Positions 15,250 through 25,535 of a stretch of DNA of 64,000 bases are shown here, piece after piece. Every line of letters starts with the position of its first letter. Position 1 is the stretch's first letter. Where the stretch lies: the IMG/VR virus record IMGVR_UViG_3300037092_000074; one strand, 5' to 3'. A program made the position numbers and the translations under genes. The notes under the pieces were generated by a model that was not told the origin of the DNA, made no database searches, and saw only the letters and a program-made list of their open reading frames with translations. This DNA comes from an uncultured virus (IMG/VR IMGVR_UViG_3300037092_000074). Its lineage: Duplodnaviria; Heunggongvirae; Uroviricota; Caudoviricetes.

Positions 15250-15882
15250 ATGACAATTGCCATCGTTCCGAGTTCGAAGATAGGTTGGATCGTTACCGCT
15301 GTTATCGCTGCGGTTCTGATCTTTAGTGCCTACGAATGGTCCCAAGAACACGACGCCCGCATCAAAGCTGAAGCGACGGTAACGGCTGCTCAGACGCAGA
15401 TTCAAGCGGACAAAGCCACAGTGGCCAAAGCCCAAACGGACCTGGCGGCACGACTGTCCACTTTGGAAGCGGCGCGAAGCCAACCAGCAACTCCGCAGCA
15501 GATTGTTATTTCGGCAGCCAAGTTGTTTCCCAATCTTCCCCAACCCCTGCAAGTGGTTACTCCGCCCCCAACGCAACAAGTCGTGAACGGAAAACCAACG
15601 GAAGTTCCGAGCGCCGCTTTCGTTCAGGTTCCCGCAGCAGACTTGAAAACTCTCCAAGACTATGCAATCACTTGTGAAGAAAACAACGCGAAACTCGGAG
15701 CGTGTACTCTGACTCAGGCGACGACAGTGGACGAGTTGAAAGCAACAACCACTCAACGAGATGCCTATAAAGCGGAACTCAAGGGCGGAACGTTCTGGCA
15801 AAGGTTCCGGCACGATGCAAAAATTATTGGAATTACGGCTGTCGTCGCGGGCGGCACGGCCTATGCCCTGGGGAAAAAGTAA
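15250..15882 (+). CDS. spanin-like membrane/coiled-coil protein
   Basis: N-terminal TM, coiled coil, C-terminal hydrophobic tail; adjacent to a holin-like gene. Confidence 0.5.
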   Translation: MTIAIVPSSKIGWIVTAVIAAVLIFSAYEWSQEHDARIKAEATVTAAQTQIQADKATVAKAQTDLAARLSTLEAARSQPATPQQIVISAAKLFPNLPQPLQVVTPPPTQQVVNGKPTEVPSAAFVQVPAADLKTLQDYAITCEENNAKLGACTLTQATTVDELKATTTQRDAYKAELKGGTFWQRFRHDAKIIGITAVVAGGTAYALGKK

Positions 15883-16208
15883 TGAACGTATCTTCAGTTT
15901 TAGGCGGCAATTGGGCTGCTGGGTTTATGCGGTCGCAGTTGTCAGATAAAGACGGGACGGTCAGCAACACCAAGGTCTGTATCCTGATGACGGTAACATC
16001 CGTCTTGACCTGGGTATCTTGTTTGCTGTGGAAGCTGCACACCCCCGTCACGGTTACCGATATTGTAACCTTCATAGGGGCTGCTGGAACCTTCACGGCT
16101 TTGATAGTCGGAACTATGGCGGGAATGAAATACACAGCGGATGCGGTGAACAACAGGGCACCCAACGCTTCCCCGCAGGTTCAACCACCCACAACACCCT
16201 GCCCGTAG
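15882..16208 (+). CDS. holin-like membrane protein
   Basis: Two TM helices; S..DG..S..K pattern. Confidence 0.55.
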   Translation: MNVSSVLGGNWAAGFMRSQLSDKDGTVSNTKVCILMTVTSVLTWVSCLLWKLHTPVTVTDIVTFIGAAGTFTALIVGTMAGMKYTADAVNNRAPNASPQVQPPTTPCP

Positions 16209-16221
16209 TATTGGAGAACAA

Positions 16222-16377
16222 ATGGACTACGTCTACACAGCAGTATTGTCGGCTATCGTTGGTTTCGTCGGGGGACACTACTTTTCGAAGCAGTTGGCCG
16301 CCGCCGTTGCCAGTTTGGAAACCACCATTGAAGCCCGTTTGAAGGGCATCGAAACAGCGGTTACAAAGAAGCTCTAA
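16222..16377 (+). CDS. small membrane protein (not in ORF track)
   Basis: GGAG SD; MDYVYTAVLSAIVGFVGGHYFSK...KKL. Confidence 0.6.
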   Translation: MDYVYTAVLSAIVGFVGGHYFSKQLAAAVASLETTIEARLKGIETAVTKKL

Positions 16378-16392
16378 CAAAATAAGAGGCGT

Positions 16393-16599
16393 ATGACATC
16401 TGAGTCTTTGGAAAGAATCAGACTATTTGTTCTTGGACACCGTCACAAATCGTTAGTGGCTTCTGTCTATGCCCGAGAAAATGGATACAAAGCTGTTTCC
16501 CTGGGGCACGAGAACGAGGCGGCTTTTGCTTCTCTCATCCTTCAAGACTTGTCACAAGAACAAGGAGAACCCTGTGCCTCTCACAAAACCAACGACTAA
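16393..16599 (+). CDS. hypothetical protein
   Basis: GAGG SD, 68 aa. Confidence 0.5.
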   Translation: MTSESLERIRLFVLGHRHKSLVASVYARENGYKAVSLGHENEAAFASLILQDLSQEQGEPCASHKTND

Positions 16600-16750
16600 A
16601 GCTGGAAAACAAAAAGCTGTCAAGCAAGTTATGGGAGAATGGAAAGCGGGAAAGCTGCACTCCGGTTCGGCGAAAGGTCCGAAGGTTACATCTCAGAAGC
16701 AAGCAATAGCAATCTCCCTCTCCGAATCGGGGCAAAGCCGAAAGAAGTAG
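16574..16750 (+). CDS. DUF6496-like small basic protein
   Basis: VMGEWKAGKLHSGS..GPKVTSQKQAIAISLSE; GTG after AAGGAG. Confidence 0.75.
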   Translation: MPLTKPTTKAGKQKAVKQVMGEWKAGKLHSGSAKGPKVTSQKQAIAISLSESGQSRKK

Positions 16751-16777
16751 TCCATTATCCGGACACAAATGCCCGTC

Positions 16778-16797
16778 GCGGAGGATTTCCGCAGGAG
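16778..16797 (+). promoter_or_regulatory. GGAUU-loop leader hairpin abutting SD (copy 1 of 3)
   Basis: GCGGA-GGATT-TCCGC-AGGAG; similar elements at 23223 and 31152. Confidence 0.6.
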
Positions 16798-16802
16798 CTA
16801 CG

Positions 16803-17135
16803 ATGCAAACAATTTTTGAGGTTACTCTGCTCAAGCCAAGTTCTTGGACGCCTCCGTATGTAGAGGAGAGCGAAGAAGAGTCCGAAGTTCCCCTTAGATT
16901 TCGACTGGTGAAAGGCGACGGTGAGCATTACTACTACCTATGCCTCGGTTGTTTGTCCGCCGGGGGAGAAATAGAAGATATTTTTCAAACGTCTCTAGCA
17001 GAAGAATCTGAATGGCCTTGCGGAGACGGAGTTCCGGTCCGCATGGCTCACGAAATGTATGACCACGGAAGGCAACACGAAATTATCTGGAGATGGTCAC
17101 TAAATAGGATTCCTCCGCAGAAGCTGGACAAATAG
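16803..17135 (+). CDS. hypothetical protein
   Basis: AGGAG SD, 110 aa, immediately upstream of terminase. Confidence 0.55.
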   Translation: MQTIFEVTLLKPSSWTPPYVEESEEESEVPLRFRLVKGDGEHYYYLCLGCLSAGGEIEDIFQTSLAEESEWPCGDGVPVRMAHEMYDHGRQHEIIWRWSLNRIPPQKLDK

Positions 17136-17139
17136 ACTT

Positions 17140-19308
17140 ATGTCGATCTCCGAGCAGGTAGACGCACTTTACGACCAATACGGCGGCTACGAACTAATAC
17201 CCAACGACGCCCTCTACTCCTGCCTCCAAGACGGGAGACAGGACCTGGCCAACATGGCCAAGTTGGGCTCGGATCACATTCCAAATTCCAAATTGGGGAG
17301 AGAAGTCAGGCGTAGAAGTGAGGCAGACCTTCTGTGGTTAGCTCGGTATTTTACCTGGGAAACGAACGCGCACAGCGAAAAAGGAACTAAACCCCTTTCG
17401 GAAAACCTCATCACCGAGGAATACTATCAAACAGTCTGCGACCTGTTCGTCAAGAAAGACAAATCCAAACCCCTTAACCAGCAGTCCACAGTCAAGACTA
17501 GGCTCCTCCTCTGGCCCAGGTCTGGGTTTAAGAGCACAATCGACCACGTAGACACTGTCCAATGGATTCTCAATTTCCCTTCCATTCGTATTCTTTATCT
17601 GACGGCGGAAGTCAGTCTGTCCAAAGGTTTCGTGGACGAGGTTAAGGGCCATTTTCAACGCAGCGAAGACGAGCCCACGTTGATGGAACTCTTCTTCCCC
17701 GAATTCTGCTTCGTTGATGTTGCCTCCGAAGAAGATGAAAACGGGGTTAAGGTCAAGGGTCAGCGGGAAAAGATGGAAGTCTTTACCTGCCCGGTGTGGA
17801 AAGCAAAGAAGATCAGGCGCAAGGAGCCGACCGTCGTCGGATCGTCCGTAGGCAAAACCAAGTCCGGTTGGCACTACGAACTTATTAAAATGGATGACGC
17901 CGTCTCGGACGTGAACACAGAGTCATCCGAGCAGTGTTCCAGCATTTCCCATAAATTGTTCCTCGCCGAGAAGTTGATTATTCCCGGAGGATATTATGTA
18001 GATTACATAGGCACTCGGTATGCGGACGAAGACCATTACGGCGAACTCCTAGAGAAGAACGAGAACTTCGGAGAAGTGGAACGTCGAGAGGGACCCGGCT
18101 GGTTCTTTGTCCACAACAAAACCACCAATATGAACATCTTGGTGGGCCGAGCGATCACGATCAAACCCGAGATTGTAGAACGTCTTCAGTCTGAGGGACG
18201 AAAAGTAACCTACCAAGAAGCGGGCGAAGCGGGTTGTATTCTGCTTCTTCCCCACATCATGTCCTTCTCCTGGCTGATGAACGATCTCGCCAAGGATGAG
18301 AAGTCTTTCGAAGGACAGAGAAATCAGAACCCCCGATCCGCCGGAAGCGTGACGTTCGATAGGCCCCTCCTCCTTCGGTGTACTATCCCCTATCAAATGC
18401 TTCCCCGCAGCGGCCCCGTGTCAAATATGTGGGACTTTAACGGGGGCAAGCAGAAGAAGGGATTGGACTACACCACGGGCTCCGCTGTTATGTGGAGCGA
18501 AGCTGACGAAATCGGACCAAACGGTAAACCAGTTGAAATAATAATGCCGAACGGAACCAAGACCCGAAGAAAGAAGACGGTCGGAAGCACACTCAAAGTT
18601 GTGAGGGATCGTTTCAACAATCTAACGGGACCCCAAGCTGTTATCCGTCTGGCGCAAGAAACTCGACCTTTCATCATCGGAATTGAGGACTCCCCGGGTG
18701 TCCGCTACATGGAATATACAATTCTAACGGAGGCCGCCAAAACAGGTGACCCCTATATCATGGAATTGTGTGCCCACATTGAATGGATTCCGGTAGACAA
18801 CCAGAACGACGCTAAGAAACTTCGAATCGGGCAGTTGTATCCGTGGATGGTAAACGGACAGTGGTTCTTCCTCAATGCTTGTATGGACCCCCTTCGAATA
18901 GAGATTCTTTATACAGAGTTCGAAAAGTGCCAGACAAGCCATCACCACGAGGATATACCAGACTGCCTGGCTTATCAGCTTCGATACGCCCCCCGGGCCA
19001 CCCAAGCCATAGTCGAAAATAACACGGATATGTTCTTCAGCATAGACCGGCAAGGCTGGGGCGAGGTGTTCGACGAAAATTATCGGCCTAACTCCCGGGG
19101 TGGGTATTACTTGGGAGACGATGGCCAGATGGTTCCTATTCAGCAAACGGGCCCAACCCGGTGGACCTATGCAGCAGACGGAACTTTGGTTCCGATTGAC
19201 GGTCCGACGCCCGAGCCCACTGACTTCTTCTCATCCTCGTCAGAACCGGAAACCAGTGGAGTTCCCTCGGGGATGAACAATATCCTGGGTGCTGGAATGT
19301 GGGGATAG
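17140..19308 (+). CDS. terL: terminase large subunit
   Basis: LLWPRSGFKST Walker A, GWHYELIKMDD Walker B, IGTRY motif III, C-terminal nuclease HEDIPDCLA. Confidence 0.92.
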   Translation: MSISEQVDALYDQYGGYELIPNDALYSCLQDGRQDLANMAKLGSDHIPNSKLGREVRRRSEADLLWLARYFTWETNAHSEKGTKPLSENLITEEYYQTVCDLFVKKDKSKPLNQQSTVKTRLLLWPRSGFKSTIDHVDTVQWILNFPSIRILYLTAEVSLSKGFVDEVKGHFQRSEDEPTLMELFFPEFCFVDVASEEDENGVKVKGQREKMEVFTCPVWKAKKIRRKEPTVVGSSVGKTKSGWHYELIKMDDAVSDVNTESSEQCSSISHKLFLAEKLIIPGGYYVDYIGTRYADEDHYGELLEKNENFGEVERREGPGWFFVHNKTTNMNILVGRAITIKPEIVERLQSEGRKVTYQEAGEAGCILLLPHIMSFSWLMNDLAKDEKSFEGQRNQNPRSAGSVTFDRPLLLRCTIPYQMLPRSGPVSNMWDFNGGKQKKGLDYTTGSAVMWSEADEIGPNGKPVEIIMPNGTKTRRKKTVGSTLKVVRDRFNNLTGPQAVIRLAQETRPFIIGIEDSPGVRYMEYTILTEAAKTGDPYIMELCAHIEWIPVDNQNDAKKLRIGQLYPWMVNGQWFFLNACMDPLRIEILYTEFEKCQTSHHHEDIPDCLAYQLRYAPRATQAIVENNTDMFFSIDRQGWGEVFDENYRPNSRGGYYLGDDGQMVPIQQTGPTRWTYAADGTLVPIDGPTPEPTDFFSSSSEPETSGVPSGMNNILGAGMWG

Positions 19309-19316
19309 GAGACAAT

Positions 19317-19502
19317 ATGTTGTTGCTTTTCGCCTTGTCTTTCTGGCTCGCGGTTTGCCTTGGTTGGGAAAACCGATCTTTACGCGCTGAGGTTAGAAAG
19401 TGGCGCAGGGGATACAACCGAGAGTTTGCTTTTTCCTGTACGGTTCAAAAACTGTTTACCGAGTTGTTGACCAAATACCAAGCTGTAAAGGGAAAGCAAT
19501 GA
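19317..19502 (+). CDS. small membrane protein
   Basis: AGGAG SD, N-terminal hydrophobic helix. Confidence 0.5.
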   Translation: MLLLFALSFWLAVCLGWENRSLRAEVRKWRRGYNREFAFSCTVQKLFTELLTKYQAVKGKQ

Positions 19503-19867
19503 AAATTCACGTAGAAATTCTGGATGACGAGGGATTAGTCCAAGCCGAGCATACGGCGGACGCTTCAACCCCCAGCCGCTGGACGGCCCCTTCGGCCCGA
19601 AGGTTTCTCAGCAAGATGCCACAGAACGCTTCTGACGTGGTCAACAACGGAACCTACGAACTGTTTGGGATTACTTTTCAGCCTATAGTAAGAGTCGATA
19701 GGCCAAACGGTTGGATAACTCCTGTTCCAGGTCCGAACGCCAGGCCAACATACCCCCAAAACTTTCCACCTTCTCTCACACCACAATCAATGTGGGGAAC
19801 GTCTTCCCCGACGAAACAACAAAATCTAAACCAACCCGCAGGCTTCGCGCCTACATCAAGAGGTTAA
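19499..19867 (+). CDS. hypothetical protein
   Basis: ATGA overlap with the upstream stop; MKIHVEILDD start. Confidence 0.6.
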   Translation: MKIHVEILDDEGLVQAEHTADASTPSRWTAPSARRFLSKMPQNASDVVNNGTYELFGITFQPIVRVDRPNGWITPVPGPNARPTYPQNFPPSLTPQSMWGTSSPTKQQNLNQPAGFAPTSRG

Positions 19868-19872
19868 TCATC

Positions 19873-20157
19873 ATGGCTGTTGGAACTCTCATTTCGCTCG
19901 GCGGCAATCTCGAAAATCCACGTGATTCCAAGCCGTCTGACTATTCTGCCGTAGGCCCAACCGGGGCCGAAGGTTCTTCCTCGGGCGAGGGTCAACTTGT
20001 CAAACAATCTCCAACGCAGATTGTTAACAACGACATCAAAGCTTCGGACTTCAAAGTCGGACAGTCCTCCGCCGCCGGAACCTCGGTTTCTTGCCCGGTA
20101 TCTGTCGATTTGAAGGACGGGTTCGTGGTTCCTGATGTTCGGACAAAGCCCTACTAA
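19873..20157 (+). CDS. hypothetical protein
   Basis: GAGG SD, MAVGTLISLGG start. Confidence 0.6.
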   Translation: MAVGTLISLGGNLENPRDSKPSDYSAVGPTGAEGSSSGEGQLVKQSPTQIVNNDIKASDFKVGQSSAAGTSVSCPVSVDLKDGFVVPDVRTKPY

Positions 20158-20257
20158 TTAGTCCGGGTAATGGACAAAGCGGCGTCGGTAACGCTTCTTG
20201 TTTTAGAATTTCCACATAAAGAGTGTTGGTCTTCCGTACCGAAATCAGAGGATATAA

Positions 20258-22330
20258 ATGATTCTTCCCGAACCCGTCCTTAACCCGTATGAGGCCATAA
20301 AGCCCGAAGAGGCCAAAGCCTTTTTGTCCGCGCAAGTATGGGAAGACGATCCTGGTTTGCGCTTAGTTCTTCAGGACACTATGCGGGCCGAGCAAGAGGC
20401 AAATCGTCGGGCGTTCGTAACTTCATGGGAATCTAGCAGAGACCTTTATTCCTCGCTCTACTCGCCAAACTATTGGCCAGGTACCCAGATCGAAGCCGCG
20501 TCCGTAAATTTCTTTACGGTGGCTACTGCCGTCAACGGAATAAATCCCCAGATTCTTGCCGGATTGTTTTACGAAAATCCTCCATTTATAGCGCAGGAAA
20601 GACCGGGCACGACTGCACAGTGCGCTCGGGCTACCAGCGCTTTGCTTGCGTTTCAACTGGACGACATTAACTTCAGGGAAGAACTGCGGTTGGGTGTAAT
20701 GAACTTCCTGCTCTTCGGAACAGCAATGTTCCAAGAAGGGTGGGAAAAGTTTACTCGTGAACGCAAGGTTTTGAAGAGAAAGAGCCCTGCGGTTGTAATC
20801 AAAAGCACAATTCCCGGAGCCCCGGACACCAGTATTACCGACGACGAGCTTGAAGAAGAAGTCACAGAAGAGGTCGTAGACCGACCCACCTTTGAGCATA
20901 TCGTTAATCTGCGGGAAGTCTTGGTAGACCCGGGACTAAACGTGCCGGACGTTCGCAAGGCAAAGTACGTTATTCGTCGGCGTTACATGACGTTCGACGA
21001 CATCGACAAGCTGCGCGAACGAGACGGATATACCATTCCGTCGAGAGAAAAGCTGCTTGAGTTATTCCTTCCCCCGCAGGAACCTGTCGAGGCCAACGTC
21101 TCGGAAGACGGTGGACGCAACCCCTTGTGGGACGCCAGGGCCGAACCTCGTTGGGAAGAAACCACTGCCGATCCATTCCAAAAACCCCTAGAGGTTTTGG
21201 AGCGGTGGGATAATAAAACCTACATCGTTGTTGTCCAAAAGAAACTGGTTATCTACAACGACACGAACATCTACGGCAGAATCCCGTTCCTGTCCATAGG
21301 TTGGTGGGATGTGCCTGGTGCTTTCTGGTCTATGGGTCTGGGCCGCACAATTGGCACAGAGCAGCGCCTGCAAACCGGCACCACAAACCTGCTATTGAAT
21401 CAGGCCAACATGAAGCTGAATGCTCCTCTGGTCCGGGTTCGGGGCAAGAGCATACCAACGCAAAGCGTTCGCATCAGTCCCAGCAAGATGATTGAGGTTG
21501 ATAACAAAGACGACCTGGCTGTTCTCAAGTTTGGCGATCCCGTTGTAGAAGCGCAGCAAATTCTGATGGCATCCCAAGGCCGAGTAGACTCCGTTTCGGG
21601 TAACAGCCCCATGAGTGGACAAGGTATTGCTGGGTCCAGCGGTCACTCAAACATTGCTCGGTCGTCTGCCGGGGCCCAAGGGCTGCTGCAAGGAGCTTCA
21701 AACGTAATCTCCGAGGCCGTGGACAAGCTTGCCAACCAGGTTATCGTTCCGTTCCTGTACGATATGCAGGAAATGAATTACACTATGTTGCCTTTGTCGC
21801 AGCTAGACTACATCATGTCCCAAGAACTCAAACATGAGTATTTGACGCAGGGTGGCGACCTGGTGGACATCCTGAACGCCAAAGTCAAGTTCTCGATCCT
21901 GGCCGGGTCCAAGATGCAGACCCGAAGGAACATGGCCCAGGGATTGCCTATGCTAACGCAATTCCTGTCCAACCCCGCAATCGTCGAACAGCTTTCCATC
22001 GAAGGAAAGAAGGTAGACGTGAACGAGGTCGTAAGAATGTGGTTTGAATCTTCAGACTGGAAGAACTTGAATGATGTTATCGTCCCAATGACTCAGCAAG
22101 ATATGCAGAGACATCAACAGCAGAGCATGGGCGGACTCAACCAGCAGAAGTTCCAGCAACAGCAAGCTTTGATCGCGCAGAAAGCGGCGGCCAAAGAACA
22201 AGCCGACGATGCTAATAATATCGCTCAGGCCGCAAGACACGCCCTACGAGTTGGTTTCGAAAAAGTAACAGAACCCAACGAGCTTACTGGAGAGGCTTCG
22301 GCGTCTACCGGCTTTGGCTCGGCGGCGTAA
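20258..22330 (+). CDS. portal protein
   Basis: 690 aa after terminase; FGTA..QEGW, VLVDP, IPF......PG.FWSMGLG, Q-rich C-terminal barrel typical of podoviral portals. Confidence 0.88.
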   Translation: MILPEPVLNPYEAIKPEEAKAFLSAQVWEDDPGLRLVLQDTMRAEQEANRRAFVTSWESSRDLYSSLYSPNYWPGTQIEAASVNFFTVATAVNGINPQILAGLFYENPPFIAQERPGTTAQCARATSALLAFQLDDINFREELRLGVMNFLLFGTAMFQEGWEKFTRERKVLKRKSPAVVIKSTIPGAPDTSITDDELEEEVTEEVVDRPTFEHIVNLREVLVDPGLNVPDVRKAKYVIRRRYMTFDDIDKLRERDGYTIPSREKLLELFLPPQEPVEANVSEDGGRNPLWDARAEPRWEETTADPFQKPLEVLERWDNKTYIVVVQKKLVIYNDTNIYGRIPFLSIGWWDVPGAFWSMGLGRTIGTEQRLQTGTTNLLLNQANMKLNAPLVRVRGKSIPTQSVRISPSKMIEVDNKDDLAVLKFGDPVVEAQQILMASQGRVDSVSGNSPMSGQGIAGSSGHSNIARSSAGAQGLLQGASNVISEAVDKLANQVIVPFLYDMQEMNYTMLPLSQLDYIMSQELKHEYLTQGGDLVDILNAKVKFSILAGSKMQTRRNMAQGLPMLTQFLSNPAIVEQLSIEGKKVDVNEVVRMWFESSDWKNLNDVIVPMTQQDMQRHQQQSMGGLNQQKFQQQQALIAQKAAAKEQADDANNIAQAARHALRVGFEKVTEPNELTGEASASTGFGSAA

Positions 22331-22360
22331 TATCGTCCGGGTAATGGACCAGGAGAATAA

Positions 22361-22567
22361 ATGGCTACCGCTCCGTATCAACCAAACTTCCAAACTGCAA
22401 TCACGGGTGGAATTCCATCCACCGAGTTTGACAGGCTTTCTCCCGAGGAGTTGGACAAGCTGCTCAACTCCATAACGGGCCGGGGACAAATGAGAACTGC
22501 CACCCCTCCACAAGCGAAGAGAACAGTTAACCTCGACCACATCCTGGGGGGATTGTATGCCTCCTAA
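22361..22567 (+). CDS. hypothetical protein
   Basis: AGGAG SD. Confidence 0.6.
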   Translation: MATAPYQPNFQTAITGGIPSTEFDRLSPEELDKLLNSITGRGQMRTATPPQAKRTVNLDHILGGLYAS

Positions 22568-22967
22568 GATTCCTTTCTCCGGGTACGCAACTTACGGTCC
22601 AGTAACCAGCGACTTTCCAACCGAACCCGACGCAGACTTTTCCAACATCGAAGGAGAGTTGGAGTTATACAACAAAGGCCGCGAACTTCGGACGGTGGTC
22701 AATCATCCCGGCTGGAACACGGTAATACAGACCTTGCAGGACTACCGAGACAAAGCGGTTCAAACCCTGGTCGATCTTCCGCCGGGAGACCCAACAGTTC
22801 CTACTGTCCACGCCGCAGCCTCTGCTTTGGACGACCAGTTCGTTAAATTTCAGCAAGACATAGAGAAGGCAATTGAGTTTGCTGCGAACCCTTCCGAGGA
22901 AGTTACTCTCTGGTTGAAGGGTGCCTATAAAGCGGCAGATGTCAAAGCTGCGATAGGGGGAGTGTAA
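22557..22967 (+). CDS. hypothetical protein (portal-adjacent)
   Basis: HPGW..V pattern common in small post-portal genes. Confidence 0.65.
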   Translation: MPPKIPFSGYATYGPVTSDFPTEPDADFSNIEGELELYNKGRELRTVVNHPGWNTVIQTLQDYRDKAVQTLVDLPPGDPTVPTVHAAASALDDQFVKFQQDIEKAIEFAANPSEEVTLWLKGAYKAADVKAAIGGV

Positions 22968-23191
22968 TGGACGAGAATTTAGTAGGAAACGCAAGCGGGG
23001 CGCAATCTTTGTGGGGCTTAGACCTCTCTCAGCAAGCGCAACACGTTTGTCCTGCTTGCGGATACTGCCCATGCTGCGGGCGCAAAAACGCAGTGCCGGT
23101 TCCTTCTTATCCACCGTGGCCGGGCTACCCATCGCCGAATATTTGGGACCCGTCTCCTTACCCTTGGACAGTTACCTGTTCTAATTACTAA
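22967..23191 (+). CDS. small Cys/Pro-rich protein
   Basis: CPACGYCPCCGR; TAATG coupling with the upstream gene. Confidence 0.6.
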   Translation: MDENLVGNASGAQSLWGLDLSQQAQHVCPACGYCPCCGRKNAVPVPSYPPWPGYPSPNIWDPSPYPWTVTCSNY

Positions 23192-23222
23192 CCCGTCCGG
23201 ATAATGGACAAACCCAACCCGT

Positions 23223-23244
23223 GCCGGAGGATTTCCGGTAGGAG
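23223..23244 (+). promoter_or_regulatory. GGAUU-loop leader hairpin abutting SD (copy 2)
   Basis: GCCGGA-GGATT-TCCGGT-AGGAG before the scaffold ATG. Confidence 0.6.
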
Positions 23245-23249
23245 ACAGA

Positions 23250-24398
23250 ATGGCACAGCAATTAACCCTTGATCCCTGGGCATTAAACCCCGATGGAAGC
23301 GTTGACCCCTTCACTAACGTTGATCTAAGATCGCAACGTCTGGACGAAATCGACCCCGACCTTCTCGAAGAACACCCGCTCCTTGTTCCGAATATAGTTA
23401 CAAACTACCCGCAGCCGGAGCCCTTGGAGGAAGAGCCGGTTGTTCCGCCCCCGCCACCCCAAGAGCCCGATGTTCCAGAAACTCTGGAACTGGAGGACGG
23501 CACCTTGCTCTCCTTGGAGAAAGACAAGGGGCAGTGGAAAGGCTCTGTTGCGGGGCCCACAGGCAGCCCTCAGATTTACTGGGGAAAGACCAAGAACGAA
23601 TTGGTGCTCAATATCTTGAAGGCGCAGGCGAACGCCACAAAGAAAATTCGAGAGCAGAATGCAAAGCTGAAGTTCAGTTCTACTCCAGCGGCCCCGGTTC
23701 TCGCCCCGTCTCAGCAAGCTACGTCCAAGAGGAGACTGACTGCCGACGAGATTTTTGAGTACAAGACCTTGCTGGAATCCGACCCGGAAGCGGCGCAAGA
23801 CTTCTTGCTTCTGAAAACTCGCGGCGTAACAATGGACGACGTTCTTTCCCGCGCACAAAGAGGGTCCCTGGCCGAAGCGCAGATTCAAACCGATTTAGTT
23901 TGTCAAGACTTTCTGCGGAAGAATCCGGACTACTATCCGGACAGAGAAGCCAAGAATTTCAACCGGCTAGTCCAGTGGCTAAGCAAATTTAAGCTCGGCA
24001 AGTCCGATGCCGATATGTTCGAATTACACACGAACGGACAATGGACTGTCGAAAATATTGAGGAAGCTTTTGAAGACCTGAGCAGCGACGATTTAATGGT
24101 TCAGGCCCCCAGACTTCCCAAACAAGCTCCACCACAAGTGGAAACCCCTCCGCCGGTAGCGGTTCAACCCAACGAACCGGCACTGCCTGCGCCGCGCCCC
24201 AACGAACGGATTGTTCAAGTGGTGACGCGCCCGAGAGCGGCTATGGGACTCCGGAACACCGACGTAACACCCGTCGCACCCCCGGAAGCCCCCAAAGCGC
24301 CCTCAGCCGAGGAGCTAGAAAACATGTCCGACGCACAGATCAAGCAATTACTTGGTGGTGTTTCTCGGGAGATGTCGAAAGCTCGGCGCTCTAACTAA
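23250..24398 (+). CDS. capsid scaffolding protein
   Basis: Acidic, Pro-rich and helical; directly before MCP; C-terminal EELENMSDAQIKQL. Confidence 0.7.
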   Translation: MAQQLTLDPWALNPDGSVDPFTNVDLRSQRLDEIDPDLLEEHPLLVPNIVTNYPQPEPLEEEPVVPPPPPQEPDVPETLELEDGTLLSLEKDKGQWKGSVAGPTGSPQIYWGKTKNELVLNILKAQANATKKIREQNAKLKFSSTPAAPVLAPSQQATSKRRLTADEIFEYKTLLESDPEAAQDFLLLKTRGVTMDDVLSRAQRGSLAEAQIQTDLVCQDFLRKNPDYYPDREAKNFNRLVQWLSKFKLGKSDADMFELHTNGQWTVENIEEAFEDLSSDDLMVQAPRLPKQAPPQVETPPPVAVQPNEPALPAPRPNERIVQVVTRPRAAMGLRNTDVTPVAPPEAPKAPSAEELENMSDAQIKQLLGGVSREMSKARRSN

Positions 24399-24416
24399 AA
24401 CAAAGGAGTAGCTTAT

Positions 24417-25400
24417 ATGAGCTATTCACCAGCATCAATTCTTACTTCGGGCGCACTTCCCAACTTGGTTGCAATTCACTACGAGCGGGAAGCGATTCCA
24501 AACCTGAAGGCAAACACTCCCTACCTTAGCATGACCAAGCAGCGTCCGCTGCCGTTGCGCCAAGGAAACCAGATTCAGTTCTACACCTACGCTCTGCTTG
24601 CAGCTAACCTGAACCAGGCCGCTGAAGGCACAGTGGGCTCGCCAATTTCCGAGTCCAGCAACAAGATCGTGGCTACGATTGGTCAGTACGCTGACTTTAT
24701 CAATAGCTCGGACTTGGCGCTTGACGTGGCCATCGACGACCCGGGTCTGCTTCAGAATCTGGCGAATGAGTTGAACTACCGTCTGGCCCTCACCCTCAAC
24801 ACCCTTGTCCAGCTTACCGCTGACTCGGCAGTTGCGGTTGACGCCCTGGTCAACATCCAACTCGCAAACGGCTCCTACCTGACTGCCAACAACGTTCGTT
24901 CTGCTGCGCAGTCTCTGGTTGCCGTAAACGCACGGCCCCTCGTGGACAACAAGTTCGGTGGAATTATTCACCCCTCGGTTGTACGCGACATTTTGAACGA
25001 CACGTCTTACAATGGTCTGACTGACATTATCAAGCGTGACGACTCAATGCGTGCGATGCTGTTTGAACTGCCGAAGAACGAGGATGTTATCTCGTTTGCT
25101 GGCGTGACGTTCAAACAAAGTACGACCGCTCCATCAGTGACGATCTCCGGAAATACGTACTACAACACCTATATTTTCGGCGAAGACGCTATCTTCTCCG
25201 TGTTCCTCGGGAAGAATCCAGCCGATGGCTCCAAAAATTATAAGCTTTTTATACAGGCCGCTCCTGAGCAGGGAAGTGTGAGCGATCCAGCACGGCAAAT
25301 TGGCGGCTGGGTTTCTTACAACGTCCGTTACACCAACACGCTTCGTCCGGGCAGCGTAATGACCCTAAGACGTTTGCAATCACAGACTTCCAGCAGCTAA
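24417..25400 (+). CDS. major capsid protein (N4-gp56-like)
   Basis: PLP.RQGNQIQF..Y, EGT, TIGQYADFI..SD, IIHP.V..DI, DPARQIGGWVSY; strong AAGGAG SD. Confidence 0.88.
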   Translation: MSYSPASILTSGALPNLVAIHYEREAIPNLKANTPYLSMTKQRPLPLRQGNQIQFYTYALLAANLNQAAEGTVGSPISESSNKIVATIGQYADFINSSDLALDVAIDDPGLLQNLANELNYRLALTLNTLVQLTADSAVAVDALVNIQLANGSYLTANNVRSAAQSLVAVNARPLVDNKFGGIIHPSVVRDILNDTSYNGLTDIIKRDDSMRAMLFELPKNEDVISFAGVTFKQSTTAPSVTISGNTYYNTYIFGEDAIFSVFLGKNPADGSKNYKLFIQAAPEQGSVSDPARQIGGWVSYNVRYTNTLRPGSVMTLRRLQSQTSSS

Positions 25401-25430
25401 GGAACCTGTGAAAATAATTTCAACTGAGGC

Positions 25431-25460
25431 TTGACATATCGCAGGCGACTGTGGTACAAT
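25431..25460 (+). promoter_or_regulatory. sigma70-like promoter for the downstream HNH gene
   Basis: TTGACA-N18-TACAAT with TG extension. Confidence 0.65.
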
Positions 25461-25535
25461 GGTTTTAGTTGGAATAACGGTCAAAGGGGCTTGCGCTCTC
25501 CCGCAGGCCCCGGAGGCCCCTAACCTCATGGAGAG